Shown here: one piece after another, positions 60,000 to 64,000 of the stretch
Numbering within the stretch: the first letter of the stretch is position 1
How the letters are laid out: each line of letters begins with the position of its first letter
Assembly (NCBI GenBank): GCA_946965045.2
Contig: OX337232.1
Span: forward strand, 3,162,001-3,226,000
DNA: 64,000 nucleotides
Origin: Epithemia pelagica
Lineage: Eukaryota > Protista > Bacillariophyta
Direction: 5' to 3'
The notes under the pieces: model-generated
What the model was told of the DNA's origin: nothing
What the model saw: only the letters and a program-made list of their open reading frames with translations
Databases searched by the model: none
Position numbers and translations under genes: made by a program

Positions 60000-60923
60000 T
60001 CACCAATGTGGGTCCCCAATGGGTGGATATTCGGTATCTCGAGGATGGACCGATGGCCACACGGACAAGTCTTCGTCTCGGGAATGAGACATTGTGGGTT
60101 TGGCTGTATCCTCCGAATCAACTCGCAAACGTTTGGTGATGGGTCGAAAGTACTGGACCTTGAACTTTTTCTGGTCCTCCGACATTCGTGGCAATGTCTG
60201 TTGCGACACGGATGCATAGGGTTCCATGGCTCGTTTGGCATCTCGTACCGACTGCAACTCCACGACACAGGATCCATAAAAGGCATTGGTTTGACGGTCC
60301 GTCAACCAATGGAGGATTGCAATGGGTCCCAACAGAGCTTCTAATTTCGTTCTGGTTATAGTCAAGGGCAATCTCGAGAGATACAGACAGGTATCACGAA
60401 ACACTTCAGTACGAGTATCAGGTTTGTCAAACAACGTTTCGAGTGTGCCGTTTCTTCGTTTGGTTGCTTCCCTCCTGCTGGAGTTGTTCGGCTCGTTGTT
60501 TCGTGTGGACCAAATTGGGTCGTACCGTGGGAGCCTGATATCCTTCTTGACAGAGGGGACACTGCAAGGTTTCGGGATGGGCCGTGGCATGCGACACACA
60601 GGAGGGACACACAATGACGGGGACACCACAAACGACCGTCGATTCCGTCGTCGTCGTCGACTTGCTGGATTTGCCCGTGCTGCAGTGGAATTGTCCCCGA
60701 TACTGGGTGCATACGCCGTGACACACGACGCAGGTGGGCAAAAAGGCGGCGGCCGTGGTGGACCTGGCACATTCCAATTCGACCTGATCCAAGGGTTTTC
60801 GGCCGGAACTTGTTCCATGCGTCGATCAAACAAATAATTCTTGCCCTTCCACAAAGCAGGTCGAATGCGACGATGCAACTTGACCATTGACAAATGTTTG
60901 GCGACATCTTCCGTCATTGTCAC
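60000..60923 (-). pseudogene. Decayed rhodanese-related (TSTD2/TrhO-like) C-terminal region plus RRM, 5'-truncated next to the LTR
   Basis: WKGKNYLFDRRMEQ lies in one frame, the Cys-rich CVVC...YRGQFHC...CGVPVIVCPSC...CPLC in a second frame, and the RRM-like LYLSRLPLTIT...WLTDRQTNAFYGSCVVE back in the first. The upstream KLHRRIR looks like a degenerated xLxGGIxxY motif. Confidence 0.65.
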
Positions 60924-60946
60924 GGGTGTTCCTTCAGCAAACTATC

Positions 60947-61226
60947 TGTTGAGGATATGTGACCAGGCGACGAGCAGCAGCGAACAAGCCGCGACTAGAG
61001 AGAGTGATTCGGAAGCAAAGGATCTAAACTTGAATGACGAAGATGCCGAAGCATGGACTTTGGTCCGTCGACGTGGCAAAAGCAACAATAGGCAAGATGA
61101 ACAAGCAAGAGTTCATTCTAAGGAGATTACGTAGTTCGATAAGCCTATAAAGAGTTGCTTTTACGGCACGGCTTGTTTGAGTTTTAACATAATCTCCTTA
61201 GAAATAAAGCATTATATCGTATCACA
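60947..61226 (+). repeat. Candidate 5' LTR of the copia element
   Basis: Starts TGTTG at a composition break. TATAA at 61146, AATAAA at 61203, and it ends in CA (61224 or 61226) just before ORF1. The 3' LTR is outside the window, so this cannot be confirmed. Confidence 0.5.
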
Positions 61227-61249
61227 GACTGTGAAGGGAACTACGGTAT

Positions 61250-61903
61250 ATGAGCGAGAGACTTGAAGCGCGTTGGCAAGATATATTGGCTCAATTGGCT
61301 CAGCTGACTCTCGAGGAACAAGAAGAAGTACACTCAATTGAAGAGCGCTTTCAACAAGAATACCGAAGAAGAGAAGCTCAACACCGTCAAACGGTGGCGG
61401 CTCTTGAGCGTCAACGAGAAACAGATCGTGACAACGCATACGACGAGTGTGAGATTCGGAAGCAACTTGTGTTTGAAAAAGCTCAGGCAAAACGTGACAG
61501 CTTGTCGAGAGAAATTCAATTCCTTGACGAGGACAAGACACCTGTCCCAGAACCCCGGTCATCAAGGCAGGAGACGCCCGAACCAGAGGTAAAACAGACA
61601 GCTGGACCAAGATCCCAAAACAGTACGCCTCAATCTCAAGCCAGTGATACAAGTCATCCAGTGCAAGTCCCACAGCCTCCTTCAATCGCATCGCAAAGAA
61701 ACAGCACCATAAGGTGGATCCCAATTGGAACTAGAGTGTGGGTACTCAATCCCCTCAAGTTGAAGAATCAAACCTCCACCACCTATCTTGAAGGAGTCAT
61801 ATCGCGACACGGTAGTTTCTACCACTTCCTTCGTATTTGGAATCCATCTACCGGCAAACAAGAACATCGTCGACATCGAGACAGCCTAGCTGTAATCGAA
61901 TAA
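61250..61903 (+). CDS. Additional ORF upstream of gag (coiled coil plus small beta-rich C-terminal domain)
   Basis: Intact 217-aa ATG ORF with an E/R/Q-rich helical N-terminus and C-terminal IPIGTRVWVLNP...EGVISRHG...LRIWNP...RRHRDSLAVIE. Its stop is 1 nt before the gag ATG. Confidence 0.7.
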   Translation: MSERLEARWQDILAQLAQLTLEEQEEVHSIEERFQQEYRRREAQHRQTVAALERQRETDRDNAYDECEIRKQLVFEKAQAKRDSLSREIQFLDEDKTPVPEPRSSRQETPEPEVKQTAGPRSQNSTPQSQASDTSHPVQVPQPPSIASQRNSTIRWIPIGTRVWVLNPLKLKNQTSTTYLEGVISRHGSFYHFLRIWNPSTGKQEHRRHRDSLAVIE

Positions 61904-61904
61904 G

Positions 61905-64000
61905 ATGTCGACTGGTGGGAACGGCCCTCGGCCGGATGGAGCAGAATCAAGCAGCGGACGAGGTAATCAAACGGGCGGTCGATCCAACGGAGGCAGAGGA
62001 CGAGGAGGTTGTGGCAAAAACCAAGGTCAACAATCAAACACCCGCTTTCAGGGCCAAGAACCATCGCTGAAAGATTGCGTGTTTGATTATAGTGAAGATC
62101 CCCAGTCGAAGCGTTACCTACGCAACGTTGAGTTGTTAGTGGGATACGTGGGGACATCATTCGACTACTACAACCTAGAGTATCAAAAGGCGCTGGAGAA
62201 ATTGGAACTTAAAGATCCAGAGAAAGCAAAGATTCCTGATGATCCCACGGACCCCATTCAGATGGAAGAATGGAAAATGGAGTACAAGGCAAGAAAGGAT
62301 CAAGTGAAGGCCTATCGCAACTTTCGTGCTTCCTTGTTCAGTGTCATTCTTGGGCAATGTACGCCCCTCATGAAGGACAAGTTGCAAGCCAAACCAGAAT
62401 ATGAAGCGATCAACGATGAAAGGGACGGTGTAGCTCTACTCAAGTTGATCAAACAAACAACCTTCACGTTTGATTCCGGCCGAATCTACAAGCAGGTCGG
62501 TCGTGACAAGTTGAAAGAAGAGTTTTATGGTTTGAAGCGCAGAAACAATCAAACCCTACACAGCTATTATGAAGTGTTTAGGGCAAAAGTGAAAGTTCTC
62601 AATGAGGTCGGTGTGGTGTTGTATGATAAAGATCTCGTGGAGATGATAGCCAAGAAAAATGGAAGGGACCCTCCATCATCTATCGATCGAGAAGAAGCAC
62701 AAGAGAGATGTGTTGCGATCCGATTCATCCAAACATGTGGCCATCGAGAGTATGAGGCCCATTTGCAAAACATGTTTTTGGACGGCCACAAGGATGTGTA
62801 TCCTGCCACTCTGGCGGATGCAAGGGCAATTCTTGATAACCGCATGACAGGTAAACAGAAGCAACCGAATCAAAACCAACAGACCCCGACTGAGAATGCC
62901 ACTGGCATGGCATATCATACACAAGAGTTGGACAACAGCAATGAAAGCCAAGCGGCGTCCACATTGACCGGTAACAGCCACATGACAGCAAATTCACGCC
63001 AAGCCCAGAGTCGAAATGGTAATGGCAACAATAGCCGAGGAAGAGAACAAGCGAGCACGGGCAGCGGCCAATCACGAGGCCATGAATCAAATCAGACACA
63101 AACCAACAATAATGGTGAATGGAATGAGATCAATGAATCAACGGGCCTTCAGGATGCACATCGTGACTCATTCCAATATTCGTTTTCTGCTTCTCCTTCA
63201 CAGGCTAGCATATCCCCCGAATGGCTACTCCTCGACAACCAATTGACAGTAGACATTATCCAAGACCCCAACCTCCTCAAGAATATTCACACAGCCGAGC
63301 GACCAATCATGATCCAAAGTCACGCTGGGCGGCGTCAGATCTCCAAACAAGGCCTACTCCCCGGATATGGCATCGTCTGGCATGACCCGGAAGGGCCGGC
63401 CAACATCATATCACTCAACAACGCACGCACAAGGTTCACAATCAAGTATGACAGCGATAACGGCAACACCTTCAATCTCTTCGACCGATCTTCAGGGCGA
63501 CTCAAACACCAATTCCTGCCAAGTCAAGACGGTTTGTTCTATATGGATACGTCAAGAATGCAGAGTAGTTTCATCACTACGGTTAATGATAATGAATCTG
63601 CTTATTCTCAAGACGAAGTCTATAGGGCTAAACTGGCACGATCATTAATGGCCAAGATAGGTCGTCCATCCACACGTGATTTCGTACACATCATACGAAA
63701 CAATCTGTTACCTAACACAACGATCACTGTGGACGACATCAAGAGGGCCGAGAAAATATATGGACCAGACCTTGGTAGTCTGAAGGGGAAGACGACTCGT
63801 CGTAAATCGCCTGTGGTTGACTTGTCACACACCGTACCACCACGGATCAAAGAAGAACACAAGGATGTGACCCTCACTGTTGATGTTCTCCACGTCAACA
63901 ACATTCCTTTCCTAGCAACGACGTCAAGGAAGTTGCATTTTGGGACCATGGAAGCAATGGCCAATACCACTGATGATGATGTCATGAACTTGTTGCGCAA
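61905..64000 (+). CDS. Gag-Pol polyprotein (gag, aspartic protease, start of integrase), open to the window end
   Basis: My translation from ATG 61905 shows no stop (it is absent from the ORF track, presumably for that reason). Gag ...ILGQCTPLMKDKL...DGVALLKLIK; protease EWLLLDNQLTVD...ANIISL; integrase ...IYGPDLGSLKGKTTRR...LTVDVLHVNNIPFLATTSRKLHF. Confidence 0.9.
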   Translation, partial: MSTGGNGPRPDGAESSSGRGNQTGGRSNGGRGRGGCGKNQGQQSNTRFQGQEPSLKDCVFDYSEDPQSKRYLRNVELLVGYVGTSFDYYNLEYQKALEKLELKDPEKAKIPDDPTDPIQMEEWKMEYKARKDQVKAYRNFRASLFSVILGQCTPLMKDKLQAKPEYEAINDERDGVALLKLIKQTTFTFDSGRIYKQVGRDKLKEEFYGLKRRNNQTLHSYYEVFRAKVKVLNEVGVVLYDKDLVEMIAKKNGRDPPSSIDREEAQERCVAIRFIQTCGHREYEAHLQNMFLDGHKDVYPATLADARAILDNRMTGKQKQPNQNQQTPTENATGMAYHTQELDNSNESQAASTLTGNSHMTANSRQAQSRNGNGNNSRGREQASTGSGQSRGHESNQTQTNNNGEWNEINESTGLQDAHRDSFQYSFSASPSQASISPEWLLLDNQLTVDIIQDPNLLKNIHTAERPIMIQSHAGRRQISKQGLLPGYGIVWHDPEGPANIISLNNARTRFTIKYDSDNGNTFNLFDRSSGRLKHQFLPSQDGLFYMDTSRMQSSFITTVNDNESAYSQDEVYRAKLARSLMAKIGRPSTRDFVHIIRNNLLPNTTITVDDIKRAEKIYGPDLGSLKGKTTRRKSPVVDLSHTVPPRIKEEHKDVTLTVDVLHVNNIPFLATTSRKLHFGTMEAMANTTDDDVMNLLR

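Larger units (their letters stand above)
60947..64000 (+). mobile_element. Ty1/copia (CoDi-like) LTR retrotransposon, 5' part
   Basis: Order is candidate LTR, ORF1, then gag-protease-integrase in one frame running off the window. Integrase following protease is consistent with copia order; RT is not in the window. Confidence 0.85.

Overview
This is eukaryotic nuclear DNA with GT-AG introns and CAA/GTT-rich low-complexity coding sequence. Gene content (receptor cyclase-phosphodiesterase fusion, bipartite plastid-targeting peptides, CoDi-like copia element) points to a pennate diatom; the species cannot be named from sequence alone. Host genes: the 3' end of a cyclophilin, a histidine phosphatase, a hypothetical protein, a lysine methyltransferase, a TRIC/UPF0126 membrane protein with an EF-hand and an in-frame TGA, a CRAL-TRIO-like/bZIP protein, a DOMON copper monooxygenase, a receptor cyclase-PDE, two O-fucosyltransferases interleaved with three paralogous mucin-like membrane proteins, CDC48, and a decayed rhodanese/RRM gene. 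Mobile DNA: (i) a Crypton-like tyrosine-recombinase gene; (ii) a DDE-like transposase split by a 766-bp insertion with a 5-bp TSD and short TIRs, whose ends form GT/AG splice sites that would restore the ORF exactly; (iii) the 5' half of a copia element with an extra upstream ORF. The most striking unexplained structure lies about 270 bp upstream of the recombinase. It is a 191-nt fold-back in which Watson-Crick helices alternate with four opposed CGAGGAG/CGACGAG heptamer pairs, each able to form two tandem G.A pairs around a covarying central pair. Only the + strand can form this structure, which suggests a single-stranded DNA or RNA element of the recombinase system. All family assignments come from motif recognition by eye; no searches or folding programs were run.
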